A program made the position numbers and the translations under genes. A DNA stretch of 64,000 bases from Verrucomicrobia bacterium GWF2_51_19 (GTDB lineage Bacteria > Verrucomicrobiota > Verrucomicrobiia > Opitutales > UBA12508). Positions 44,089-52,791 of this stretch are shown here, one piece after another (position 1 is the first letter of the stretch; each line of letters opens with the position of its first letter). The notes below the pieces were generated by a model, which saw nothing but the letters and a program-made list of their open reading frames with translations, made no database searches and was not told the DNA's origin. The stretch spans positions 5,608 to 69,607 of the forward strand of contig MIDP01000011.1 of the NCBI GenBank assembly GCA_001831095.1. Reading direction: 5' to 3'.

Positions 44089-44525
44089 TATTCGTTATTA
44101 ACTAGAGCCAGTGCAAAGTCAACGGTCAAAACAGTCTTTTTATCTTTTTCGATGCGTCCAGAGAGAAAGAAAAACTGTCCAACCGTCTCCTTGAGCTCGA
44201 CAGACATCGTGACGGTTTCGCCCGGGAGAACTCTGCGCTTGAATCGACTGTCCTGAATGCGAGACAAAATGGGTGTTTTGCCAGACAAACCATCGCCTTG
44301 AGCCTTCAAGCGCTCAACGAGCAGGATGGCTGCCGTCTGAAACACGCTCTCGCACATGAGGACGCCGGGAAGGATCGGATTTTCTGGATAGTGGCCGCGG
44401 AAAAAGTCCTCATCTGCCCTCCAGGTCTTCTCGGTGAGAATCGTTGTTTCGGTCATCTCCAGAACCCGATCGACAAAGAGAAATGGCTCTCTATGGGGGA
44501 TGTATGCTTTTATATCAAGACTCAT
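44088..44525 (-). CDS. fabZ: 3-hydroxyacyl-ACP dehydratase FabZ
   Basis: IPHREPFLFVDRV and FFRGHYPENPILPGVLMCES. Confidence 0.92.
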   Translation of the reverse strand: MSLDIKAYIPHREPFLFVDRVLEMTETTILTEKTWRADEDFFRGHYPENPILPGVLMCESVFQTAAILLVERLKAQGDGLSGKTPILSRIQDSRFKRRVLPGETVTMSVELKETVGQFFFLSGRIEKDKKTVLTVDFALALVNNE

Positions 44526-47307
44526 GGTGCTCCCCGTTGGCTTGTGGAAATCTCAGGACCATACGCGTGTACTTGCCGGCTGCCGATTCGCACCAGATTT
44601 CGCCCTTGATCGCCTGCATCGCGCTTTTGCAGAAGGATAGACCTAGGCCTGTGCCGCTGTTTTCGAGCGTTGTAAACTTTTCAAAAATGTACTCCGCGTA
44701 GCGTGGATCGAGGCCAATAGCGTCATCTTCGACGTAGAGATAGTGGTAGCGCTCATGCGACTCGGCCCAAATCTTGATCCGACCTTTGCCGGCAGACTGG
44801 ATGGCCTTGAGGGCGTTTTTGATGAGGTTTTGCAACGTGTGAATGAGAATAATCTCGTTGCCCAAGAAAGAAAGTGCCGGAATGGCGTTGATTTTCAACA
44901 AGGCGCGTTCCTTGTCTGTCTTGAAGGGGAAGGTCTCGAGGGCCTGTTGAACACAATTATCGAGTGTCAGCCGCTTGGTTTCGAGCGTCAGGCGCTTGGA
45001 GCCCTTAATGTTGTCGAGCAATAGCCGAATCGCCTGTTCGGTGTTGTGCGTGATCTGCATTTGTTGCTCGAGGTTGCGGAGTGACTTTTCCAAAGTAAGG
45101 CGGAGCTCGGCTGTCTCTCCACGTCCGACCGTTTCCAGGAGCTGCTTGGTCTGCTGGGCAATCATACTGATGGCCGCTGTAGGCGTTTGAAACTCGTGGG
45201 CGACCGTTCCAGCCATCGACTCCGCTGACTCCAGACGGCCCGCCTCGCGTTCCTGCTTTTTGCGTGAAAAGATCATGCCAGCCGTCAAACTGAACAGCGC
45301 CATGTAGAAAAAGAGGTGTAGGTCCTCTGGTGGAATGTTTTTAAAGAGTGGCACAGACGTGGTTCCAGTCGGCGCAAAGCGTTCAGCGATGTCATGGACG
45401 TAATAGCCCAGGGCCGATCCTACCAGCGTCAATCCCAGAAAATAGCGCCAATCGACCAGCAGCACGAGAAACAACAGCGCCAACACGACACTCAACAGTG
45501 CCTTGAGAGACGCCCCCGTGTCGAGAATGTTGTAAGTTACCATGAATGGCAGCCCAAACATCAGCGAAAAATGCCAAAATAGCGGCCACCAGCGCCACAA
45601 CGATTGCGGCCATTTCTCACGCAACATCGCCATCATCGCGAGCGCACCCGCAAAAATACGAATCGTCATCCACACATCGTAGTGTGTTTCCGTCCGCTCC
45701 CACATAAAAAACGGCGTCACGATGATCAGAAACATGAAAATCGCGTAAACGGCGCTCTGTTCGCCATAATTTTTGACCGAGCGCTCCGAGGCCGATCGCA
45801 GGTTTTCGAGTGTCGGCAAGTAGGCATTAAACTTCAGGCTCCAATATTGGCGCTTGCGGGAAACGGTCTTGCGGAAGTCGTTGCTACCGCAGTACAGGAC
45901 CTTGCCAACGAGCTTTTTCCAGCACCAGCGCGGCAGATTCCACCAATTAAAAAATAGCAATGCGTTGAATAACATGCCAGGCAAGAGGGGGTCCCAGGAA
46001 TAATTTGGCGTGATATACCTCTTCCAGAAAAAGACCAAGACCGCCCCACCGATGGCCGCCAAAAAGAGTCGGTAGGTCTTTGCCTTATATCCCATCAATG
46101 TCGCCAATAGCGGAGGCACCATAATCGGCATCCAGAAGGTCTTTGCGTGCAAAACAATGTCCATTAAGTGCTTCAACTCGAGCGACATGTAAATGCCCAA
46201 CAAGCCAATTACGACCGAAAATAAACGCGTCACTAGCACCTCTTGCTTTTCTGAAAACTTCTTCTTTTTTATTGGCTGCAGAACGTCGTGAATGAAGGCG
46301 ATGCAGCCGGCGTTCAATTGTGAGTCCGCGCTCGACATGATAACCGCTATAATACCCGCCATACAGAGTCCACGCATGCCGATGGGTACAAAGTTGTTGA
46401 TGAGGTATGGAAACGTCATGTCTGAATTGAGCTGCGGGTTGAGGACGAGCGCAATCAAGCCTAATAGCCCCGCGAGCATGACCATCGGGAATTCCATAAA
46501 GCCGCTGATGCGAAAGGCACGTTTAGCCTGGTCACCGTTTTTGGCCATCAGCAGACGTTGCATAATGCCTGGGTGCATGCTGGGTATGCAGAAAACAAAG
46601 AGAACTGGAAAGTATTGTCGCCATGTCGCGGTGTCGGCTACCAACTTCAGGTGATTCGGGTAGTTCGCCTTCAACTTGGCTATCAGACCATCCAGCATGC
46701 CGACTGATTGTAGGCTGTCACCGCAGAGAATGGGAATGGCTATCAGCATTATCGCGAATTGAAAGACGTCCGTAAACGTGACTGATCGCACACCGCCAAA
46801 GGCCGTGTAAAAGATGACGATGCCAAACCCAATGAAAATACCGTAGAGCGGCGATACTCCCAAAATAAACTGCGAAACATACCCTATGGCCCCAATCTGC
46901 GCGCCTACCAGGCCGCTCGTGTAGAGAAAAGAGGTTATGCCAGTCAAGACCTGCGCCCCCTTCCCATAGACCGCGCCCATGACTTCACCTGCGGAAATTG
47001 CGTTGGCGTAGCTCTTGAAGTTGGGTGTCAGAAATTCGGACACAAACAGCATTGCAAACCCGTGCGATGCCCTCACAAAAACAAATAACAAGCCGGTTGT
47101 GAACGCCTTTTGCGCGGTCCCCGTCAGGTTGTCTCCACTGATAATCGTCGCGTAAATAGTCGCAACGAGCACGATCGTCGAGAATTCCTTGTTTCCCACA
47201 GCGTATTCCCGGACGTTTCGGATGTTTCTGCCCTTGATGTAGCCAATCCAGAGCGTTATCAACAAATAAATGCCGACAATTGTTATATCAATAGGATGTA
47301 AGTTCAT
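44515..47307 (-). CDS. sodium:solute symporter (SSS) domain fused to sensor histidine kinase
   Basis: 930 aa. The N-terminal ~480 aa is a multi-TM SSS-like region, followed by extra TM segments. H-box HEFQTPTAAI; the ATPase G-boxes are in the C-terminal region (ENSGTGLGLSFCKS). No response regulator is adjacent. Confidence 0.8.
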   Translation of the reverse strand: MNLHPIDITIVGIYLLITLWIGYIKGRNIRNVREYAVGNKEFSTIVLVATIYATIISGDNLTGTAQKAFTTGLLFVFVRASHGFAMLFVSEFLTPNFKSYANAISAGEVMGAVYGKGAQVLTGITSFLYTSGLVGAQIGAIGYVSQFILGVSPLYGIFIGFGIVIFYTAFGGVRSVTFTDVFQFAIMLIAIPILCGDSLQSVGMLDGLIAKLKANYPNHLKLVADTATWRQYFPVLFVFCIPSMHPGIMQRLLMAKNGDQAKRAFRISGFMEFPMVMLAGLLGLIALVLNPQLNSDMTFPYLINNFVPIGMRGLCMAGIIAVIMSSADSQLNAGCIAFIHDVLQPIKKKKFSEKQEVLVTRLFSVVIGLLGIYMSLELKHLMDIVLHAKTFWMPIMVPPLLATLMGYKAKTYRLFLAAIGGAVLVFFWKRYITPNYSWDPLLPGMLFNALLFFNWWNLPRWCWKKLVGKVLYCGSNDFRKTVSRKRQYWSLKFNAYLPTLENLRSASERSVKNYGEQSAVYAIFMFLIIVTPFFMWERTETHYDVWMTIRIFAGALAMMAMLREKWPQSLWRWWPLFWHFSLMFGLPFMVTYNILDTGASLKALLSVVLALLFLVLLVDWRYFLGLTLVGSALGYYVHDIAERFAPTGTTSVPLFKNIPPEDLHLFFYMALFSLTAGMIFSRKKQEREAGRLESAESMAGTVAHEFQTPTAAISMIAQQTKQLLETVGRGETAELRLTLEKSLRNLEQQMQITHNTEQAIRLLLDNIKGSKRLTLETKRLTLDNCVQQALETFPFKTDKERALLKINAIPALSFLGNEIILIHTLQNLIKNALKAIQSAGKGRIKIWAESHERYHYLYVEDDAIGLDPRYAEYIFEKFTTLENSGTGLGLSFCKSAMQAIKGEIWCESAAGKYTRMVLRFPQANGEHHES

Positions 47308-47388
47308 TCTTTTGCTCGATTAAAAAATCACCTTACGAATATTTTAACAAAAAAGCAAGGAAATATTTTTTTGGGGGTTCGCCAATTA

Positions 47389-47481
47389 CCTCAATCATTA
47401 GCGAAATTTTATTACTGCGCATCGGTTTTCCGATGTGCTCTGGAATTAAACCTCACACTCCGCGTGTGACAACACCCCCTG
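47389..47481 (-). repeat. A-element terminal fragment
   Basis: CCTCAATCATTAGCGA (47389-47404), GCGCATCGG-tttt-CCGATGtGC, and a degenerate S hairpin. Homology then breaks into an R2 remnant. Confidence 0.85.
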
Positions 47482-47499
47482 AAAGGTCTAGAGAGTCGT

Positions 47500-47557
47500 T
47501 CCGACGCGAGCCGACAAGCCTCGCGAAACACATTTTTGCGCTATTTTGCACTGGTTT
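47500..47557 (-). repeat. R2 5-prime fragment
   Basis: The minus-strand sequence aaaaccagtgcaaaatagcgcaaaaatgtgtttcgcgagg begins right after the pntAA stop (47558-47560). Confidence 0.75.
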
Positions 47558-48679
47558 TTAGTGAAACTTTTCGTGGACGACATTGCCGTTGTGCGTAATC
47601 AGACACTGTTTGAGGAAGTCATCCGATGGCGAAAGGTTAACCTGTTTGGTTTCCTTGGACCAAAAATGTTCAAGGAAGTTGGTAAGGTTGGATGAAAACA
47701 TCTGCGTGGCGTGATTAGGGAGGTTGCCCTCGGCATTTCCGATACCGAGAATGCGGACGCCGTTTGGCAGTGTAACGACTTCGTTGAGCCGAGAGCCTTC
47801 GACGTTGCCACCGCTTTCGACGGCGAGGTCGATGACGATGGATCCCGTTTGCATGACGTCGAGCATGGCCCGTGTGATGAGTGTTGGCGCCTTTCTGCCA
47901 AAAACCTTGGCAGTCGTGATGACGACGTCTGATTGCGAGCAAACCTTTGCCATGGCGTCACGTTGCTTTTGGATCTGTTCGGGCGTGAGCTGTTGTGCGT
48001 AACCCTGGGCGGTTTGGCCAGTGTCGCCGAGATCGATCTTCACAAAACGGGCGCCTAGAGACTTCACTTGCTCTTCGACGACCGACCGTGTATCAAAGGC
48101 TTCGACGCGCGCCCCGAGGCGTTTGGCTGTCGCAATGGCCTGCAGCCCAGCTACACCGACGCCGACAATGAAATATCGAGCTGGTTGGAGCGTTCCAGCG
48201 GGTGTCATCATCATGGGCAGCACCTTATTGAGTTCTGTGGCGGAACGGAGGACGGCGTAATAGCCAGCGAGGTTGGCCTGCGAGCTGAGGACGTCCATCT
48301 TTTGAGCCAAGGTTGTTCGCGGAATCATCTCCAAACTGACGGCCGAAATCTTTGCTGCAGCCAAGGCCTGCAATAGTTCTTTCTCATTAAATGGGTCCAA
48401 AAAGCTGAGTTGCCACGTACCAGGCTGCATCAGGGCTATGTCTTCATGGCTCGGCTTGTTGATGCGCAAAACGACGTTGGCCGCTCTTAGGGCTTCCGCG
48501 CGGCTTGAGCAGACAACGGCCCCCATGGCCTCGTAAGCGGCGTCAGGGAAGTCGCTCTTCGCTCCCAATCCCGCTTCAATAGAGACCTCCAATCCTAGGA
48601 CTTTGAGTTTTTTAACACCCTGAGGGTCCAACGCGGCCCGCGTCTCCTGACCCATTTCTTTTGGAACAAATACGTGCAT
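47558..48679 (-). CDS. pntAA: NAD(P) transhydrogenase subunit alpha part 1 (PntAA)
   Basis: 373 aa with IEAGLGAKSDFPDAAYEAMGA, MDVLSSQANLAGY, VGVGVAGLQAIATAKRLGARVEAFD and VIDLAVESGGN. No pntAB or pntB is adjacent. Confidence 0.85.
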   Translation of the reverse strand: MHVFVPKEMGQETRAALDPQGVKKLKVLGLEVSIEAGLGAKSDFPDAAYEAMGAVVCSSRAEALRAANVVLRINKPSHEDIALMQPGTWQLSFLDPFNEKELLQALAAAKISAVSLEMIPRTTLAQKMDVLSSQANLAGYYAVLRSATELNKVLPMMMTPAGTLQPARYFIVGVGVAGLQAIATAKRLGARVEAFDTRSVVEEQVKSLGARFVKIDLGDTGQTAQGYAQQLTPEQIQKQRDAMAKVCSQSDVVITTAKVFGRKAPTLITRAMLDVMQTGSIVIDLAVESGGNVEGSRLNEVVTLPNGVRILGIGNAEGNLPNHATQMFSSNLTNFLEHFWSKETKQVNLSPSDDFLKQCLITHNGNVVHEKFH

Positions 48680-48704
48680 ACAGCTAAAAAGTTACCATCT
48701 TTTT

Positions 48705-48878
48705 TGAAAATGCAAAGCAAAATCATCTGATGTTAAATTGTATTGATGTTTTTTCACAGCCAAAGCCGCTCTCGGATGTAGAAGGAGTGCGCCACAAACA
48801 GCTCCATAGACCCGCCGAGCTCTTCCGGGGCGCATCGGAAAACCGATGCGCAGTAATAAAATTTCGTTAAGGATTGAG
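48705..48878 (+). repeat. A-element fragment (Z segment, core, short tail, degenerate terminus)
   Basis: Sequence aaaatcatctgatgttaaattgtattgatgtttttt, then the core (ccgctctcggatgtagaaggagtgcgccac...), then GCGCATCGG-aaaa-CCGATGCGC, then tcgTtaAGgattgag. There is no TTGACT box. Confidence 0.85.
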
Positions 48879-49048
48879 TGTAATATGGTTCTTGAAGCAT
48901 TCCGCATTGCCTTTTAGAAAAGATTGGCCAATATTTGCTTTTGTTTGGAAGGAATATCTTTTCAAATAAACGCAAAATAAATGTGGGCAGGGCCTGTTTG
49001 TCATGCCGAGTGGGTCAAGGGGCGAGAAACCCACAGTTAAGGAGATTT

Positions 49049-50149
49049 ATGCTATATCGGTTGGCAGAATATGAACACCTATGGGGGCCCTTAAGGCTCT
49101 TTCGGTACTTGACGTTTCGGAGCTTTTTAGCGATGTTAACGGCCTTGTTGGTGACCTTCGTGGTGGCGCCGATTTTGTTTCGTTGGCTGAGGCAAAAGAA
49201 GCTGGAACAGGTATTTCGGGAAAAGTCGGAGGTGCGGGAGTTAGCTGACTTACACGCGTCGAAAAAGCACACGCCGACGATGGGTGGGCTGGCGATTTTT
49301 GCTGGCGTGGTGGTTTCGACCTTGTTGTGGACGGACTTTAATGTCTACGTGGGCTGCAGTTTGTTTGTTTATGCGTACTTGACGTTGATGGGGTTTGCGG
49401 ACGACTACCTCAAGGTTTTCAAGAAGAACACGAAGGGCTTGCCGGGCTACCTCAAGTTGATTTTGCAGGCCGTTCTGTGTTTTATTGTCTTGTGGATGCT
49501 CTTTGGGAACGCCTCCAGCGTCGTCGAGATGGGGCAAATTTGGGTGCCTTTTCTGAAGGCTCCGGTTTTGATAAACGCGTCGATTGGCCTGCTCTTTGCC
49601 TTTCTCTTTTTAATTTTGGCTGGCTCGAGCAACGCGATCAACCTGACAGACGGCATTGATGGGCTGGCGATTGGCTGTACGATTGCTGCCGCGCTGACCT
49701 ATGCGATTTTTGCCTACATTGCAGGAAACGTTATTATCGCCAACTACCTCTCGGTGGGCTACGTGCCAGGGGCGGGCGAATTGACGATTATTTGCGTGAG
49801 TTTGGTTGGATCGGGACTGGCCTTTCTATGGTACAATGCGCACCCGGCGGAGGTCTTTATGGGGGACACCGGTTCGCTAGCGCTCGGCGGGCTGATCGGC
49901 ATCATCGCCTTTCTCGTGCAGCAGCCACTGACGCTGATTCTCGTTGGAGGCGTCTTCGTGATGGAGGCCGTTTCAGTGATTTTGCAAGTAGGCTCTTTCA
50001 AGCTGACGCACAAGCGCATTTTCAAGATGGCGCCGATTCACCATCATTTTGAGCTCAAGGGCTTGTCGGAGATCAAGGTAGTCATTCGCTTTTGGATTTT
50101 GGCCTTGTTGTTTGCCTTGATTGGCCTGGCGACGCTTAAGTTGCATTGA
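49049..50149 (+). CDS. mraY: phospho-N-acetylmuramoyl-pentapeptide transferase MraY
   Basis: Multi-TM protein with GFADDYLKV, NAINLTDGIDGLA and MGDTGSLALGG. The start was chosen at ATG 49049, with AAGGAG 5 nt upstream. The track ORF starts at 48935. Confidence 0.95.
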   Translation: MLYRLAEYEHLWGPLRLFRYLTFRSFLAMLTALLVTFVVAPILFRWLRQKKLEQVFREKSEVRELADLHASKKHTPTMGGLAIFAGVVVSTLLWTDFNVYVGCSLFVYAYLTLMGFADDYLKVFKKNTKGLPGYLKLILQAVLCFIVLWMLFGNASSVVEMGQIWVPFLKAPVLINASIGLLFAFLFLILAGSSNAINLTDGIDGLAIGCTIAAALTYAIFAYIAGNVIIANYLSVGYVPGAGELTIICVSLVGSGLAFLWYNAHPAEVFMGDTGSLALGGLIGIIAFLVQQPLTLILVGGVFVMEAVSVILQVGSFKLTHKRIFKMAPIHHHFELKGLSEIKVVIRFWILALLFALIGLATLKLH

Positions 50150-50152
50150 TCT

Positions 50153-52681
50153 ATGCTGGTCTTATCAGAAAATTTTGATGCATGCTGGTCTTCAACGCTC
50201 CTGCCATGGTTCTATGAGGCGCGACATGCGTTGCTTGAGGGTCGGCCGTCGATTGTAGTGGTGCCGTACCAGACGACCGCTCAGTTTCTCAAAGAGAGGC
50301 TGCTGGAGGCGCACCTTTCGACCCTCGGCATTCATTTCTGGACGCCCAAACAACTGCGATCTTTTTTGTGGGAGCACGTTGGGAAGACGGCCCGCATTGC
50401 ACGTCGGAGAGACCTACAATTTTGGCTATCGTGTGTTGCTGAAGAGCAGGACAACGTCTTTGCAGAGGGCTGCCGTCGCGACACGGAGAGTTTTTTAAAC
50501 GCGTGGATGGAGTTAGATGCCAGCGAAAACACGCTTGATCTCGATGGCTTCGCAGATATCGACAACGCCTTGCGAGCCGCATTGGAGCGTCAAGGGCTGG
50601 TCACTGTGGCGGAAAGTCAGCGTCAGCTCACGCAGATCGAGACAAGGCCAATTCATCGGCTGTTGTGCTATGGGTTTTCGGAGAAGAACAAGGAGTTTTT
50701 GATGCTCCTGATCGCCGGTGTACGGGCGTCAACGGAGGCTCACCTGGTCTTCCTGAAGGCCTTTGACGATTCCGCCTGGGAGCGTGCCTTGGGGCGTTTT
50801 TTTGGCCAGCCGACGCTCTTAGAGCAGCGCGGTCCGTTGCGAGACTTTGCCGAGAGCCTCTACGTCAAAGACGCTCAGCCGGTCGAGCGTCCGCCGCTCC
50901 TCTTGTGCGCCGAAAACACACAGGCCGAGGCGGACATCATTGTGCAGACCTTGTTTGAAAAGGGCGTTGGCCGCGTCGGTATTGTTTTTCCAGACAAGTC
51001 GCTCGCCCTGACGCGCGAAGTGGCCCTGCGACTTGAGCGAGCAGGCATACCGCACTCCAACACGATTGGCTATGCGGTTACAGCTGTGTTTGCGGAAAAG
51101 CTGAAGGCCTGGATCCGCCTGCAGAGCGAGCAGACGATCGATGCCTGGCTGCATTATGCCAAAACCCTCAACGTCCCACAAGCCTTTGAAAAGGAGCTCC
51201 AAAAGGCCTACAAGCACACCTTTTCGGAGCGCCTGGACGTATTGTGTTCGTTTGCGCATGTCCAGATTTCGTTGATTCCAGGCCGCGATTCCTTTAAGCG
51301 CTTTTGGGAAACGGCTAAAAAGCACCTTCTGGTGTGCGCCCTCGACGCCGACACATTACAAATGGCCGATGCTGAGGCCGCCAACCTGCTCGAAACACGT
51401 CTGTCCAGGCACCATTTTCTCTTTTGGCTCGAACAACAGGTGTTTGAAAAAGAAAAGGTCCGCGGCGAGATCGGCCGGAAGCCCTTTGCGCACTGTTTCT
51501 TGATTAGCGCTGACGAGGCTGTCCTGCAGTCCTGGGACACGCTTATTCTGGCCCATTGCAACAAGGGTAGCTGGCCAAACGACTCGGAGCCCTGGGGTTT
51601 TCTCGACAACGCAACCATAGACTCCCTCAACGCGCGTTCCAGGCGAGAAGGACGCCCCTATGTCATTTCCAGCGGCCTCGACTGCGAGCGCATCGACCGG
51701 TCGACATTTCTCTCGCTCTGCTCATTGCCGCAATCGCTGGTGATCACTTACGCGAAAAAGAACAACGCCCTCGACGCCGACAGCCTGTCGCTATCGCCCT
51801 TTCTTTCCGCTTCAAAGCTCACTCCCCAATCGCGTAGACTGACGTTTCTGCGACCATCAACGTCTACAACAGCATTTACCCATACAACTCGCACCTATTC
51901 TCTCGACAAGCCCTTTAACTCTTTCAACGTGGCGCTATCAGCCAAGGTATGGGAAGAGGTATTCTCTCGCCCTTCACAGGTCTGGTTCTTTTCTATCCTC
52001 AAGCTTCCAAAGCCCTTTACAGGCGTCGAAAACTGGGAACGAATGGCCCTCGGCGAGTGGATACACGATTGGATCGCCCTTACGCCAGGCATACAGTCCA
52101 AGCCCAGCCATTCAGATTGGTTGAAGTCGATTGAAACCAAGGCCCTCAAGCGGCGGTCTGAGGTGGAGCGCGCTTACGCAGCTTCACGCGCAACGCTGCC
52201 AGAATATTGGCTCTGGCAGTGGCAAGAAAGCTTACAAAAAGTTAAGAAGCTCGCCGCGACGCTTGCCGACACGTCCTTTCGATCATGCGCCTCAGAATAC
52301 GCCATTGAAGGCTCCGTTGAGGGCATCCCGATTCGTGGACGCATCGATTTTCTCTACGGCGATTTAGAAAGCAACTGGGATCAGGCCGACGTGACGGTCG
52401 TCGACTTCAAGACCGGCAGCGATGCCCCCCTCAAGCTCTCCCAGATCGAATGCGGCACGGGACTGCAATTGGCCCTCTACGCGTTTCTGTTGCGCGAAAA
52501 GGGAGTCCAACGCCCCTCAGCCAGCATCCTAAAGCCCGAAGGCTCCCTATCGCCCCTCCCCTTCACAGATCGCCTCTCGATCCTCGACCGCATGAAGGCC
52601 ATCACTCTCTCCGGCACTCTCGGCCCCACACCCACCGAAAACACCGAACACGAGCTCTACCCACTGTGTTATCGCATTTAA
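50153..52681 (+). CDS. AddB/RecB-like PD-(D/E)XK nuclease family protein
   Basis: 842 aa with the C-terminal nuclease motif IRGRIDFLYGD...VTVVDFKTGS...LQLALYAFLL. The N-terminus has no obvious Walker A. No AddA/UvrD-like partner is adjacent. Confidence 0.6.
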   Translation: MLVLSENFDACWSSTLLPWFYEARHALLEGRPSIVVVPYQTTAQFLKERLLEAHLSTLGIHFWTPKQLRSFLWEHVGKTARIARRRDLQFWLSCVAEEQDNVFAEGCRRDTESFLNAWMELDASENTLDLDGFADIDNALRAALERQGLVTVAESQRQLTQIETRPIHRLLCYGFSEKNKEFLMLLIAGVRASTEAHLVFLKAFDDSAWERALGRFFGQPTLLEQRGPLRDFAESLYVKDAQPVERPPLLLCAENTQAEADIIVQTLFEKGVGRVGIVFPDKSLALTREVALRLERAGIPHSNTIGYAVTAVFAEKLKAWIRLQSEQTIDAWLHYAKTLNVPQAFEKELQKAYKHTFSERLDVLCSFAHVQISLIPGRDSFKRFWETAKKHLLVCALDADTLQMADAEAANLLETRLSRHHFLFWLEQQVFEKEKVRGEIGRKPFAHCFLISADEAVLQSWDTLILAHCNKGSWPNDSEPWGFLDNATIDSLNARSRREGRPYVISSGLDCERIDRSTFLSLCSLPQSLVITYAKKNNALDADSLSLSPFLSASKLTPQSRRLTFLRPSTSTTAFTHTTRTYSLDKPFNSFNVALSAKVWEEVFSRPSQVWFFSILKLPKPFTGVENWERMALGEWIHDWIALTPGIQSKPSHSDWLKSIETKALKRRSEVERAYAASRATLPEYWLWQWQESLQKVKKLAATLADTSFRSCASEYAIEGSVEGIPIRGRIDFLYGDLESNWDQADVTVVDFKTGSDAPLKLSQIECGTGLQLALYAFLLREKGVQRPSASILKPEGSLSPLPFTDRLSILDRMKAITLSGTLGPTPTENTEHELYPLCYRI

Positions 52682-52791
52682 GTCGTTTCCCTCAACGCGC
52701 CAGACGCCAGAAAGCCATCTATTCGGTAAATTTGTAAAGTCAATTTAACAAAAATACGGTAAATTTGTAAAGTGTTGGCGATCTTATGTCT

